Shown: positions 1-16,271, counted from the stretch's first letter. The stretch: 64,000 bases of DNA from the human T2T-CHM13v2.0 reference genome, Homo sapiens (GCF_009914755.1 NC_060925.1); one strand, 5' to 3'. The notes: generated by a model from the letters alone, not told the origin. Translations and numbers: made by a program.

Positions 1-1480
1 TTATAAGCTTTTTCACTTCCTTATTTCTTTTGTGAAAATCTCTTATTTTCATTCCCAATGACCACACTCTGGAGCTTGTCACCATCTAGAACTGCAGTAC
101 ATGAAATCTTAAACTCAGTCATTCCACTCTCTGGCCATAATGTCTTTGTCAGTTACATCCCTACCACCTGCCTTACCTCAAAGGAACTTGTAATTCCAGA
201 ACCCTTTTCCTTCATTCTTACTTATCAGGTTTTCAGTACTTTCAACCTTCCTTTCCGGATGTTGTTCTCCTCTCACCAATAATCTAGATTCTAATCTATT
301 GTCACAAATGACCTGCAAAACCTGAGACATGCTGAATCCAACGTTTCTATCACTTATGAAGTGTTAGATAGTTGTAGATAAGTGCCACTGGAGAAAATGT
401 TGTGACCTCCCCGACAGAGCTATGCCATGTTTGTTTGTTTTGTTTTTAAATCTCTAACCGTAGCAGTAACCTGCAATTCTGTCCAGAATTTCTTCATATT
501 TCCTGATCAGCTCACTCTCTCCTTCTCTAGAGCTATTACCTTAGAGCTTTTACAAAGTAAGCTTCTGTCCATTGCCTCCTCAACTTCCCTCTTATTCTTA
601 GAATACCTTCCTACTTAATTCTTAGAGAAAATGTAAGCCATCGAAAAAGAGCCTCTCAACATCTATCTCTAAATCTAAAGACTCACCTGCATCCATATTC
701 ACTTTTCTTTCCTCTCTTAAAAGAAGCAATGTCTTTCCTCCTAAACCTCTCTACCTGAACTCTCTGTATTTCTATCCACTTGACCTCTCAAGGAGAGGTA
801 TTTCTATCCACTTGTCTATTAATGATCCCAACTCTCTCAAATTCATTCTATATTTGCTCCTTCCTATCAGCATTAAGCTTGCTTAAATCTCTCCTTTCTT
901 AAAATCAAAATCTTTCCTTGACTCCATATTTGCCTACATTTATTCTCATGTATCTTCTCCATTAAGGCCAACCTTTTGAATGAGTTATCAATTCTCACTT
1001 CCCAACCTTCCTTTACTCTTTATATTTTTCTATATGTCTATTTTTCTATACGTTTACAAGTCTATTATTCTCACTAAGGGTTACACTGACTTCTTACGAT
1101 TAAATTCAACGGATAATTGTTATTCCTTATAGCCCTCCGTAATATTTAATGTTGTTCCTCTGTTCCTTTCTCTGTAAACATTTCTTGGTGGCTGTGACTC
1201 TATATTCTTTTGTTTCATTTCTCCATTTTTCCATGCTAACTCTTCTTACCCAACTTTTTTTGCTAGCTTATTTTCCTTGCTCATTTCTTAAATACTGATG
1301 TTTCTATGAGCTTTATTTTTAGCCTTCTCTTTGTTACATGTAAGCTCTTGGTTAATCTAATTAGGTTCCATGGCTTAATTTTATTCCCATGTGCTGATGA
1401 CTCTTAAATCTATATCTCCATTCAGTGCCTCTTCTGAATGTTGATTCACATATGTAGTTCCTCTTGGGGTTCCCACAGAT
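1..1480. mobile_element. Old L2 LINE relic (continues after the MLT1 insertion)
   Basis: Pyrimidine-rich degenerate L2-like text (e.g. GCTGATGACTCTTAAATCTATATCTCC); boundaries approximate. Confidence 0.6.
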
Positions 1481-1487
1481 CTATGTC

Positions 1488-1679
1488 TGTTTTTGCTTGC
1501 TCAGGCTGCCATAACAAAATACCATAGACTGGGTGGTTTGCACAAAAGAAATTTATTTTCTCACAATTATGGAGGCTAGAAGTTTGAAATCAGGGTGTCA
1601 GCATGACTGGATTCTGGTGAGGGCTCCCTTCCTAGCTGCAGACGGCTGCCTTCTCATTGTGTCCTCACATAACAGTTCT

Positions 1680-1720
<41 letters not shown>

Positions 1721-1900
1721 CCCCCTGACTCTTTCTCTCTCTTCTTATAAGGCCATAGACCTATTGAATTAGTGTCCCACCCTTATGATCTCCTTTAACC
1801 TTAATTACTTCTGTAAAGGCCCTATCTCAGGATACAGTCACTTTGGGGGGTTAAGGCTTTAATATATGAATTTGGGGGGAACATAATTCAGTCCATAGCA
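1488..1900 (-). mobile_element. MaLR solo LTR (MLT1A/B-like) with internal (CT)n
   Basis: TG...CA ends, typical GGCTGCCATAACAAAATACCATAGACTGGG motif, perfect 5-bp TSD ATGTC (1483-1487 / 1901-1905). Confidence 0.9.
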
Positions 1901-1989
1901 ATGTCCACGATTGAACTTATTAGATCTACACTAAAACCAGCTCAATTTCCTATGTTCCCAATTTCAGTGAATAGCACCAGAGACCGTAC

Positions 1990-2200
1990 AAAGTAGTGGT
2001 GAAGAAAACAAACCTTTCTGGACTAAAATCCAGGCTCTTATTACTAATAATTTACCCTTAGGCCTCAGTTATTTCATCTGTAAGTGGGCTTAGTAATCTA
2101 CCTTAGAGAAATATTGTTAGGATTAAATGAGTTGATTTAATTCTTAAAGTAGTGCCAGATGTGCTTTTTTAAAACAGTACTCATAAACATCAACTATTAC
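1990..2200. mobile_element. MIR fragment
   Basis: GCCTCAGTTATTTCATCTGTAA...GTTAGGATTAAATGAG MIR core. Confidence 0.65.
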
Positions 2201-2414
2201 TATTGCATCCATCTAATTAGTTAAAACAAACACCTGCAAGTCACCCTTGAACTTTACCTCTCCCTCCTTTGTAGGATTTATTTAATATCCAGGTTCAGTA
2301 GTTTCTGTTTCTTTACCATTCTGGAACTGATTCACACTCTCTATTCTTTTTCTTATTACCCAGGCTCAGGCCAATAACTACTACTTTTTTGGCTTATGAA
2401 AATAACACAATAGA

Positions 2415-2747
<333 letters not shown>

Positions 2748-3387
2748 TTAACTAGTCTTTCTTGCTGAATTCTTTCCAAACTATTTTCTCACTGCATCCA
2801 GAGAGGTTTTCTAGAAATGCAAATCTTTTCATGTTTGTTTCCTGCCTGAATCAATTAGATGGCTTCCTGAAAAAATACTTATAACAAGTAACAAGGTTCT
2901 TCACGATATTTCCACGCCTAACTGCATATCTTCATTTCTCCTCACTTACCAATTTTCACTCAATGCTGTAGCCACATCAGCTACTTTATTTACTCTAAGG
3001 CAGTGCTTCCCCAAGAACCTCTTTTACTTCACAATACACGGAAAACGAGAATAAATTCATGGTACACTGGGGTAAACCAGTAAATTTGGTTGTGTCTAGA
3101 GCCAGTTGGTCTAAGATCTCACATACTCCCCCAAGCATAAAAGAATCAATATTTAAACATGTCTGTAACTCATTCACAACACAGCAAGATAACTAGGGAA
3201 CATTAGTTTGTAAGCTCTAGCATACCCTGTGTTTTCAGTTGCAGATTGCCATGACCAATGCCATGACTTTCACTATCCTTTTCTAAAGCCATCATAACCA
3301 CTACCAAAACTCCTCTAAAGAGCAAGCTAGTCATTTACCTTTACATCCCAATTTAGAAATCATTTCCTCTAGAAGCCTTCATATACC

Positions 3388-4222
<835 letters not shown>

Positions 4223-4896
4223 CTAACTTTTCAGATACGTTGACAATACAATTATGAGTAAATGCATAGGATCCAGTAAGAACATAGAAAAACATGCAAA
4301 GCAATGATAAGGATGAAATACCAATATAAAATTAACACTCAATAATGCCTAAAAGTTCTTACCAAATGTTGTCACTTCCTGTGTTTAATTAGGTAGATTT
4401 TTCATTGGCATAATAAAAATAAACACTTTTTAGATAGTAAACCAACTCCTCTTTTAGCTAATGTAGTTGCCTGCCTTAGGTACTAATATAAACTAGCAAG
4501 CTAATTGCTTTCCTCAATTAGGGAAGATGTAGCTTTAGGTATGACGGGGTTTTGGCAGCGGCACTGGAATAAATCTAAATAAATGGTTAGATATTTACAT
4601 TGTTATTTTTTTGAAATATTTTAATGCACCCAAGCATCAGAATCTCCTGTATACCAATGTAAATTTCCCCATATCTTCTAGAAACAAATGTGCTTTAAAT
4701 GCATGATTAATTTACCATTTTAGAGTCTTGACTCAATTCTGTTTCAAACTGTGTAAAAAAATTGAGAATTAACTTGACATTTTAACATCTCAGTTCTTGG
4801 AATAGCATTGGTTTTATTAATTCCAAAGTGCTTTTTAAAGATAAATCCAGTTTACTTAACATTTAGCCTAAATTCTGTTTGACCTTTAAGACTGAT

Positions 4897-4951
4897 ACTA
4901 TATATATACTTTATATATACTGTATGTGTATATATAAAGTATATATATAGT
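4897..4951. repeat. Perfect 24-bp AT-rich inverted repeat with 7-nt spacer
   Basis: ACTATATATATACTTTATATATAC (4897-4920) and its exact reverse complement (4928-4951). Confidence 0.95.
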
Positions 4952-7389
4952 GTATATATACATATATAATATAAATTAATCCCTTATTCTTCCTTTAAGG
5001 TAATTTATCTAATTTTGAATTGTGACCTATCTTTAAAGAACATTTTTACACAAGAGGGACATATCAGATATGAGAAAAGTGGTTACAGGAATTTAGGATT
5101 GTAAAGTAAATCATTCAAAACAGGAAATTTGGGGGTTTTCTGCTAATAAAACTCAAAACCGTATTATTAACTGACCTATTCAGTATGAAAATAATGTCAA
5201 AGGGAAATTTAGGAAAATCTGTTAGGTAAGAGATTAAAACCAGCTGACTATTTAGCAAAGTAGCTTTGAAATCTATTATTATAACAGGAGTTTGGTTTGT
5301 TTTTCCTGGAAGAAGAGGAGGTTGACCAAATAATATTCCGAGGCTCTCCCAAAATTGTACTCTTCCCCTTCTTCATCTCTCTTTGCATTCTTTTCTGTCA
5401 GCCTGTCCCGCTTTCCTCTGTATTTTCCTATTTTTTTTTGACTCCTGCCCCTTAATTGCTGACATGTTCAAATGAAACAATCACCATGATGAAAAACAAA
5501 ACAAAACCAAAAAAAAAAAAACAAAAAAAAACCCTTGGCCCTGTCTCCTCCCCTGGCTACAAATCTCTTTTCTTTTTTTCAGCCAGACTTATTTAGATGG
5601 CCACATTTTTCTGTCTTCTGTATTTCCTCAACTTCTTTTTTATTCTTCCACATGTTACGGTCTGTTTTTCACCTGTCTTCCTGTTGAAACTCTGTTCAGT
5701 AACATAACTGAGAACCTTTTATTAATGTATGTAGGTAATTCATCTCAAACTTCTTTGTGTTCCCAGCAGTACCTGATACTTCTGATATCACCTCTACTTC
5801 TTGACCCTCGCTGTCCTTGAAATGGTAAAACTGAGGCAATGTCTTTGTATTCAGGCCCATCCAGGAATGGTGGGAGAAACAGTTGCTGAGAAAATAGAAC
5901 ATTCCAATGGAATAAGGATTGATGGTCTGTCCTTAGGGCAGCAGCAGCTACTGCTCATTCTCAGATTGATTTCAAGTTCTCAAAGGAGATAACCAAGAAT
6001 AAGAGGGAAGAGAGCCTGGCTGATGAAAAAGAACAGAGAAAATCTAACAACCACTTGTAATTTATGAGGTCATTCTCTGTTCTATTAGACTGGAGCCAAT
6101 AGTATGCTCACACTCCAGCAGAATGCCACTTGGCAATGACATGAGCCCATATGGTAGCTGTCAGAAAGTCATGGAAATCGCATATGACCCAAGATATTTG
6201 AATTATCTTCTTTAGTAAATTTATTCCCACTGCCAAAAACTTCCTTCTGCCCAAGCCCACATTATTTCTGATTTCTCATTTAAGTCTTCGCTGTAAGTTG
6301 GAGAGTTTACTTTGCACTTGAAACTGATTTACTGATTACAAACGATTTCTCCTATTACTCTTTCATACTCTTATTTATTCTAACTTTCCCTTAATTATTA
6401 TTTATTTTTCTGCTCACTCGTATTTTCCTTAGAGTCTTATTATCTTTATCCTCTTCCTTTCTTACTTTTATTGGTCAATCCAGATGAGCACATTCTATTT
6501 ATACTAAATCTATGTATTCATTCCAGGCCTGTTTTCCAAACTTCAGACCCATATAGCTCACTAAACTATTGAGCATTTCCATTTGTATTTCCGATAGACC
6601 CCTCAGGCAAACATGGCCAAAAGAGTTTTTCTGCACTTCTGTTTCTGATGACATAGCAGACTAGGCTAATAGGGAGCCCTTCCCATTACCAAAAAAATTA
6701 AAAAAAATAATAAATGTGTCATAGAATATAAAAATATATTCACATATACCTATATGCATATGGACATGTATGTACATACATGCACAACTGTGCTCAAAAC
6801 AATTTTTTAAAAAGTGCCAGAAATGAAGAGGGCAGTTAGAGTTGGTAGTAACAAGTGTATGCCTCCTCCCTCTGGCTTCAGAGGCTCTTGAACCTGAATA
6901 TTTGCTTTAATGTCTAAGTGGTTGTGGTTTTCATGTCTATGTGAAGAAAGCAGACATGGCTTGGGCATGAAGAAGGCAAGCAGTTAAAACTGAGATGCCT
7001 GCAGATAAGCAGACCATCAAAAAGGCCACTTCCTCAATGAGGAGAGATAAAGCCCTGAATGGAGAAAAAACAAACAAACATGGGAAATCAACACTTGAAG
7101 GCTCTGCCTTCATATTTATGGAACGCAAATTGTGCAGTAAAACCTTAGCTGTATACAACAAGTACAAACTTGTTCTAGAACAATCAATCAGGAAAAGATT
7201 GCAACATTTATAACACTTGGGGTATGTTGGACTCCTTAGAAAAAAAAATCTCTTCTGAAGATGATTTCACAATAAAAGACACAAACCACAAATTGGTGGC
7301 TCAGGATTCAAGCTTCATCTATCTTAGAACACTGCCATCTTGGAGCCCTTTCTTCCAACTTTGTAGACAGGAGTAAGAATGGAGAAAGT

Positions 7390-7580
7390 ATACCTGCTCT
7401 TAGTTGCCATAGACTGGGAGTGACACATAACTTTCACTCACATTTCACTGGTGATAATTAATCAAATGACTCCACCTGCATATATGGGGCTGAATAGTTT
7501 GGTCTGTCAGCCTGGGCGAGACTCCATACTCAAAAGAATGTAACAACTTAGTGAACATATAGAAATTATCTCTGCCATAT
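7390..7580 (-). mobile_element. Old MaLR LTR fragment (MLT1J/K-like)
   Basis: GGGAGTGACACATAACTTTCACTCACATTTCACTGG...GTGAACA...TCTCTGCCATA resembles an MLT1J/K terminus. Confidence 0.6.
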
Positions 7581-8983
7581 TGTCCTGTCAAATCAACCAG
7601 GAAGAGTTATCAATTCTGCCTCAGATATCGTTGACTAATCCAGCTTCTTCTCCTTCCCAATGTATCCATATTTGTCTAGGCTGTCATCATCTTGAAACAC
7701 TCAATAGCCTCCTGACTTGTCTTCCTATCCCCTGTTTCTTCCTACTACTGTTAGAATCTTTTGATTGTAAATGACACTAGTTATAGCTAACAGGATGTCA
7801 TCTTATGGACTCCAGAAGGAATCATGAAGTTAGCTCAGGAAAGACCTGGAAAAAGAAATATGATGTGAATATCAGGATTGCAGCCAATTATCAAGTTTTG
7901 ACCTTTATCTTATTTGGTCTGTCTTCAAGACAACTTTTCTTTCTCCTAATCCTCAGTGGTGTTTCCCATTTTTATGTTGCAATATAGTATTCAGTTACTT
8001 TTCTTCCAATATGATACCTGCCATAGACAACATTGACATGTAAGTATTTTCTGTACCTTCTTTCTACAAGGGCAAGTACTACAGTAAATCTTCAACTACT
8101 TTATGTGTCCTACAGATCCTAATGTGAAATCTTACACAATCTAAGCAGAGTGAGTACTCTACAATTATTCAACAAATCTATAAATGGCCAAAAAGCATTA
8201 TGACATTTTATTCTACTGTGAGCATATTGTTAACAATTGCTAACCTAGAGAGTTCTTATACTGGTGCAGACTGGTGCGTCTTTCATTGTTCTAAAAGCTA
8301 TCTCATGATGTCTAAGTATCTAAGCAGAGGGAAAAATTGATCCTTCATTTTCTTGACTTAGTGCTTGATAACCTACCTTATCTGGTTGTGGCATCATAAA
8401 TAGCCTACATTATGTCCAATGTTTGATTCCATAGTAAAGCTTTGTGTCCTTGCTATTCTGTAGCTCTCTGTAACTAAGTTTGCAAGGTGCTTTTGCATAC
8501 ATTAATTACTTTGATTCTCAAAATTGTCTTGTAAAAAGTGGATATTATTACTAGAATTTAGCTCAGTAGATAATTGTAATCGAGTATATTAGAGATTATA
8601 AAGTGGTTTTGAATGACTTAGTGCATTTTTTTCCTTATGATTCCATAAGCTAGATAGGGATGGAACTGGCATTTTTTTCCAAAGCATTTTCCCACTGTTA
8701 TTCTCCCCAAACTCAAAGTTAGTAATTTATTTTTGACTAATATATATTTGTTAATAAAATCCCACATCCATATCACTGTTTCATGTAGCTTTTAGTGACA
8801 GTTCTCCTTGTAGCAAAAGCAATTGTGTTCAAGAAAAGATGGAATATGGTAAGGAGGCAGCATAGGTCGGTGGCAACAAGGGAGAGTGCTGAAGTCAGAC
8901 TGCCTAGGATCAAGTTGAAGTTTACTAATTTCTTAGCTGAAGTGCTTTAAGATATTAATGCATCCATAAAAATGGATATAATT

Positions 8984-9144
8984 GGCTGGCGTGGTGGCTC
9001 ATGCCTGTAATCCCAGCTACTTGGGAGGCTGAGGCTGGAGAATTGCTTGAACCCAGGGAGGGTAGAGGTTGCAGTGAGCCGAGATTGCACCACTGCACTC
9101 CAGCCTGGGCGAGACTCCATCTCAAAAAAATAATAAAAAAAAAA
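8984..9144 (+). mobile_element. Monomeric Alu (left-arm start fused to right arm) inserted in a MIR
   Basis: GGCTCATGCCTGTAATCCCAGC joined to TACTTGGGAGGCTGAGGC...; carries a GACAGAGC deletion near the 3' end; MIR-like sequence on both sides (~8850-9280). Confidence 0.9.
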
Positions 9145-9289
9145 GATCTAATAATGGTACCTACTTTAGATCTTTAGATACTTTAGAGTTTCCAAGTTTG
9201 TGGAAAGGATTAGAGTATAATATGTGAAAAAAATACTTAATATAGTGCAAGTTGTGTAGTAATAACACAATACCTGCTGTAGAGGCTGC

Positions 9290-9500
9290 AGAGGGTATTG
9301 GCACAGAGCCCACCTCTGGACCCATGACAGTAGAATTTGTATCACAGTCTTTACATTGCCTGTGTGACCTTGGGCAAGTTAACGTAAATTCTCTGTGCTG
9401 CAGTTTCCTCCTCTATTAAAATTGGGACAACAATAGTACCCACCTCATAGAATTGTGATGGAGAATGCATGAGCTAATGCCTGGAACATACTCAGTAAAG
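9290..9500. mobile_element. MIR
   Basis: TGTGTGACCTTGGGCAAGTT...CAGTTTCCTC...ATAGTACCCACCTCATAG core. Confidence 0.8.
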
Positions 9501-10021
9501 TCGTTAATTGAAAATTCCTTTCTGTTAGGGGAGACCCTCACTATTTTTTCCAATGTTGAATTCTCAATGTAGTTAAGTCTGGTTAATTTTGTTGTTGTGT
9601 TCTTTAAGTTGGCAAGTCAGCACCTGTGTATTTAAATAAACACTCATGTTTCCAAATACACTCATTATTTTTATTGTTGACATTTATTAAATTTAATTTA
9701 AACTTATTATGCTTGCTCCAAGCAAAAAGAAGCAGCAGAATGAAACCACCTAACCTCTAAACAGGCATTAGCAGACATCGCTACTTGCCCAAGCACTAGT
9801 AGGTGTATCTTTGTTTCTAGGGAATGATACTTTTCTATTTTCCTGTTCTTGAAATTGCTATTTGAGTCTTTGAGGCATCAAATAGATGCAGATTAGTACA
9901 TCCCAGTTTCATTTAAAATGTTGCAGATCTGGTGCCTTTGTTCTTTTACAATCTCTTCCATTGTGACAGGTAGGTGAACAGATATCTGCTGCTTTGGGGT
10001 ATTAGAAGGAAATAGATAGTA

Positions 10022-10412
10022 ATGCCTTACTCCACTTGGGCTGCTATAAGGGAATCCCTTACGATGTGTAGCTTAAACAATAGACATTTCTTTCTCACAA
10101 TTCTGGAGGGTGGAACATCCAAGATCAAGGTACTGACAGATTTGTTTCTTAGTGAGGGCTTGCCTCCTGGTGCACAGATGGCCACCACCACGCTGTGAGC
10201 TTTCATGATCTCTTCTTTGTGTACAGGCAGAGAAAGTTCTCTGTGTCTTTCTGTCTTTATGAGGGTACAAATCTCATCATTAGGGTCCCACTTTCATGGC
10301 CTACTCTAGACTTAATTATCTCCCACATGTTCTACCTCCAAATACCATCACATTGGGGGTTAGGGTCTTATCATATGAATTTTGGGGAGACATAACTATT
10401 CATCTCACAACA
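10022..10412 (-). mobile_element. MaLR solo LTR (MLT1A/C-like)
   Basis: TTCTCACAATTCTGGAGG...CCAAGATCAAGG...AATACCATCACATTGGGGGTTAGG motifs. Confidence 0.85.
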
Positions 10413-10959
10413 GAGAGATGATTGGTAGACAGATCAAAAATATTTTCAGCTCTGTTAAGCTACTTATGATGATTGAATGAACTTCCTCTTTCCCCTTTCC
10501 CAAATAGCTTTCCAACTTAACACATAAATTTAAGATTTCAGCGAATGCTATGTTGATCTGAAGTATTGCTTTCCATAACACATGTCTGTTTAGGTGCAAT
10601 GATTGCTTTTACAGATTCCTCCAGGGATTTAGGTCAATGTAAATTATATTTTCATCATGTGAATTACTTTTGAAATTAGATCTTCTTTTCTATTATTCTT
10701 CCTCTCTCCTTCTTCTTTGCTCCCTCCTCTCCAGTCACACAGGCCTCCTTTCTGTTCCTTGAACAAACCACACCTGCCACCTTAGATGTCTACTGGCGAA
10801 CTCCCTTACCTCTTTTAAACCTTGGCTCAATTTTTATCATTGAGTTTACTTGAGATTACTCTGGGGATTCTCTTAAAAATTACCTACCCCCCACATCACA
10901 CTCATGATCACCCTTACCCCATTCGGTTCTAATTTTTTTCCTATAGCACTAATTATCTT

Positions 10960-11966
<1,007 letters not shown>

Positions 11967-14389
11967 TCTTCTACATACTAAATAAATATTTGTTATATCT
12001 ATGGTTATTGACCATCTTTTCCTATTCAAATGAAAGTTGCATGACAGCAGGAATCTTTGTTTTGCTCACTGCTGTACCCCAAGCATCCAGCTTATAGTAA
12101 GCTCTTGGTAAGTTTTTCTTGAATAAATTGGCAGAATAAAACATATAAAGAGCAAGTAGCTTACTGCTAGTCTAGCCAAAATTGAACAAATATACTTCTC
12201 TGTGTTCACAAATGAATTGTGTAAAAGCACTGTACTTCTCTTGTAAAGTATTAAATTGGAAGATACGTATAATTCATTTTACTTTATTCTAAATGAATTA
12301 TTGTTGCTTTTCAGGCCAGATGTAGCTAAAATCAATCCTCAAACTGTTGCCTTTTTAAACAGTAAATATGGAGAAAAAAATCTTCATCATATTTGATAGT
12401 TAGAATAATAAAAGAGATAGTTACCTTCCAAAGTAAAAAAATTTATTTATAAATCAAGTGAAAGCTTGGTGATGTTAAAAAAAATTATTAGAGATGGAGT
12501 CTGGGCACAGGTTATTTCTTTTGCTGCTTTATTTATCTTGGTAACTTGCTCTGTAGCTTTCTGTGCCTCAGTTTTTCTCCCTTTGTTTTCTAGTTTGCCA
12601 GATCTCTTCTCCATGGAGTTGAAACTACGTAGACCCTCATTTCATCCTCGTTGTCAGTAAAAGGGACAAAAGAAATAGCCTACTCATCTATCGCTTTCTG
12701 CTGGCGTTACTCTTGCCCTTGTTCCCATTCTCTGTAATAGTCTTCTGCTGTGATCCAGCCCCACTGCATTTCCAAATTCTGGCAACTTCCAAGTGCTGAA
12801 GTCACTTTGGCTGAGAACTTCCTTTGGTCCTCCCAGTTTCCCTCTCTGGGTCCTCCCAGTTCCCTCTGCCTGAATCTGACAAAACAAATATAGTGCATCA
12901 GTCTTCCTTGCTGAACTTCCAAGTTACACCTCATCCTGTAGGTATCTAGTTCTGTGTGCTATGTCAGACTTGGTAATAACAGCCGTTTCTTCCACAGTCG
13001 ATTCTGTCTTTTTACTGCTTACCTTTGAACTATCTCCTATTTTTCTTTTGCCATCTATTTTAGTTTTTTTTTGTTTTGTTTTTTTACCTCCCAGGTAGAC
13101 TTCCTACTTGCCTCACTCTAGTACATGGGGAGAATTACAGCTTTCGGCCATTCAAAGAGTGCTGCATCTTACTATAATTATCCACAGTGTACCTGGCTAC
13201 ATGTCAAGATATGAGTTATCTAATCTTTACATCTTAAAAAACATCAGAATAGACTATGTAATTTGCAGTCTTTTTCTGTCCTATGAGAGTTTATTACATG
13301 AATTTGTAAACTTAAGCAGCCAAACATGTCATCGATTTGTTTATCACACGTAGCAATAGCTAAGCCAAACTTAAGAATGAGGAAAAGACACAATTTTGCT
13401 CATTCGTGTAATACAGGGCCTGATACAGACTCCATCCACAAGATCTTCTTACTTGAAAAGCATTCATTACATTATTCAATATAAATAGAAAATATAGTGG
13501 TTGAATATTACATTATTATTAGAGTACAATGAAACTGGAACTAAAAATATTTAGGGGAACTATTTGGGCAGCATATTTGGAAAAGAGGATGGAAAGATTC
13601 CGTCTTAGGAGAACCAATACAATGATACTCTGTGTAGGGAGTTGATTGTACTCTCACTATGTCCTGGGCACTTTTAAAACACTCTTTGGACCTGCTGCTG
13701 ACTCGGAAGAAGGGATGCTCTCCTTACAGCCCTTGCTGTTTTGTGTGATTTCTTCCTGCTTTGCCTTCTCTGCAGTGAGAGGCAGGCCCCCACAGCAAGT
13801 CACAGGTAGAGATTCTGGGAGAAGGCTTCTTGTACTGCCAGTCATCTGGAAGTGCTCTGGTGTGTGAGCATGAGTGGGTTCCCTTGACATGGGAGAGGGG
13901 TGGACTGGCTGATCCATTGCCACATCCTGATACAATGTCTATGATTCAGTGTATGTGCATGTGCTCACCGTAAGTCCACAATACGTGCTTTTTTTAAAGC
14001 TTCTTACTGGGTTTTAGAATGGAAAATTTACTGTAATATATATCTCATAACGGCAGTACAAATTAAAAATTATGTTATTTACATTACAATCTCATAAGAT
14101 AATTTCAACAGAATGCATACCCAAAAATAGGATAGGGTTATGCAGTGAAAAAATCTTTTGCACAAAAAAGGAGCCCATACTAATAAATGCGGTTCCTAAC
14201 TTGGATCGGTTGTCAGCTATGTTTTGCTTAAGACTGGTTGCAGCCAGAACTCTGAACTGCCAGGCTGCATCTTGCCCTGTCTTGCTTTCTAGATGCTGTG
14301 GGTAAGACCTCTATCTTGAGGAATCTTAGGAACTACATACAGTGCTAGAAACAGGCTGCATCTTCAGTGCAGAAAGTAGCTGTGGTGAG

Positions 14390-14530
14390 GCTCTGCGTTT
14401 AGGAGCTAGAAAGGAATCTTAGAAGTCATTTGGTTAAAATCTCCTATCTTTTAGATGAGAAAACTGAGGTCTGGAGAAGTTTGAGTTTCTCAAGATCCCA
14501 TTGAAAGTTGTGGCAAACCTGAGGAGACAG
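14390..14530. mobile_element. MIR fragment
   Basis: TTTTAGATGAGAAAACTGAGGTCTGGAGAAG. Confidence 0.65.
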
Positions 14531-16043
14531 GTCTGCTTTCTTTACTGGAAAACAAATATGTCTCTCAGTTTGCCATTTTTCTTTACCCATTTTTCCGTAA
14601 AGATTTATCAGCTGGCTTCACAATTCTAAAAGACTGAGCTCTAAAATCAGCAACCAGTTTTATTCATTGGAAAATCCGATTAGTAGCCAGACTGGCAGAG
14701 CTGGAACTGTATAGATTCCATAGTAAAATCCGAGCACTTGTACTTACTAGCTTGTGAGCTTTGGTAAATAAACTTCTCCCTATAAAAACATATACATATA
14801 TAGTATAAATCATATATAAAAACTCAGATAGTATTTATGCGTATTACTGAATATGAAATATTTTTTATTTCTTCCCTTCCCTTTGTTTCTCTTCACAAAG
14901 TTTCATGTCTTTAGTTACAACTTCTTTATAACAAAAATACACAAAAATCAGTTAAATATTATTATGAATTGTTTTTTAATGTCTGTTTTTGGGTGCAAAT
15001 TAAGGGAACTTATATAAAATGCACATGTAACAATTAATGCTCATTTCCATTTTAGTCTAGGCTGAAAGAAAGCATCCACACTTTATATTTTACTGGAGAT
15101 TTTAGCATTAGTGACCCAGAGTCTAGTTACAAACAATAACTGAACTGGTGCGATTACTCAGATAAGAAAACAAAATATAGACTAGATTTCTCTAATTTCA
15201 TTAATAAGCTCATGTCTTGGGGAGACCTTGCTTTTGTTCTCAGAAAAAAAATTAGCAAGTTGGAATCAGTTTTGTCTGCCTCTTTTCTGTAAATATAGCC
15301 TACTGGTCTTCTTATTTTATAGTTTGAAAGGAACTTGCAGAATTTAAGCCTTACTTTTTTCTGTGCAGTTTCTGCTTGTTAAGAGACCAACTCAGTCCCT
15401 GTCTTCTTGAGGCCTTCCTTTTCTTTGTTCAATAAACTGCCCTTTCTGTTTTCATTTTCTTTCTTCCACTTTGTCTAGAAACATGTTAGTGTTTCTCTCA
15501 AACTAAGCAAAAATAAAATTTGAACTTTCTTTTTCATTCACATATCATTCATACTTATCTCTTTCCTGTCCTTCACAGCTATAAAAATATTGGATTTTCC
15601 TACTCTGAAGCTGACCTCAGCTTCAAACCCTCCATGAAAACTATTCTTATTAAAAGATGTCAAAGACATTACTATTGCCAAAGTCAATGATTCTTTCCAG
15701 TTCAGAAAAATACTTAGCTTCTCTTTATGTATTTGATACTGTTCCGCATTGCTTTTTTTAAAACACATTTTTTTAAAACAAAAAGTAGAATCTCATTTTA
15801 GAGAATTAGAAAGTACAGAAAAGTACCTAGGATGAACTACTGAAAACAGTTGAGTGTGTATCTTTACACTAACACATGTTCTTATTATGAGCATATATCC
15901 TCATACATACACTCACAGTCTCCCTCTCACACATGAGAGAATGCTATTTATTGTATTTCATAACCTGTTGGTTCAATAATGTATTATGAACATTGTTCCA
16001 TGTCAAAAGGAATAATTGTACTTTTGTCAGCATTTCAGAAGTG

Positions 16044-16271
16044 TTTATTTTATTTTATTCTTATTTATTTTAGAGACAAGGTCTTATTCTGTCAGACAAA
16101 CTGGAACTGCAGATACATGCTACCATGCTCAGTTAATTAAAGAAAAATGTTCGTAGAGGCGGGGTCTCACTGTGTTGCCCAGGCTGGTCTCCAACTCCTG
16201 GGCTGAAGCAATCCTCCTGCCTTGGCCTCCTAAATTGTTAGAATTACAGGGGTGAGCCACTGTGGTTGGCC
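16044..16271 (-). mobile_element. AluJ with internal right-arm deletion
   Basis: AluJ-type left arm; TSD-like CAGAAGT flanks. Confidence 0.85.

Noticed and set aside
13646-13935. GC-richer stretch with 73- and 92-aa ORFs
   Set aside because: No recognisable protein similarity or exon structure; more likely an old repeat or regulatory DNA, and I cannot call it.
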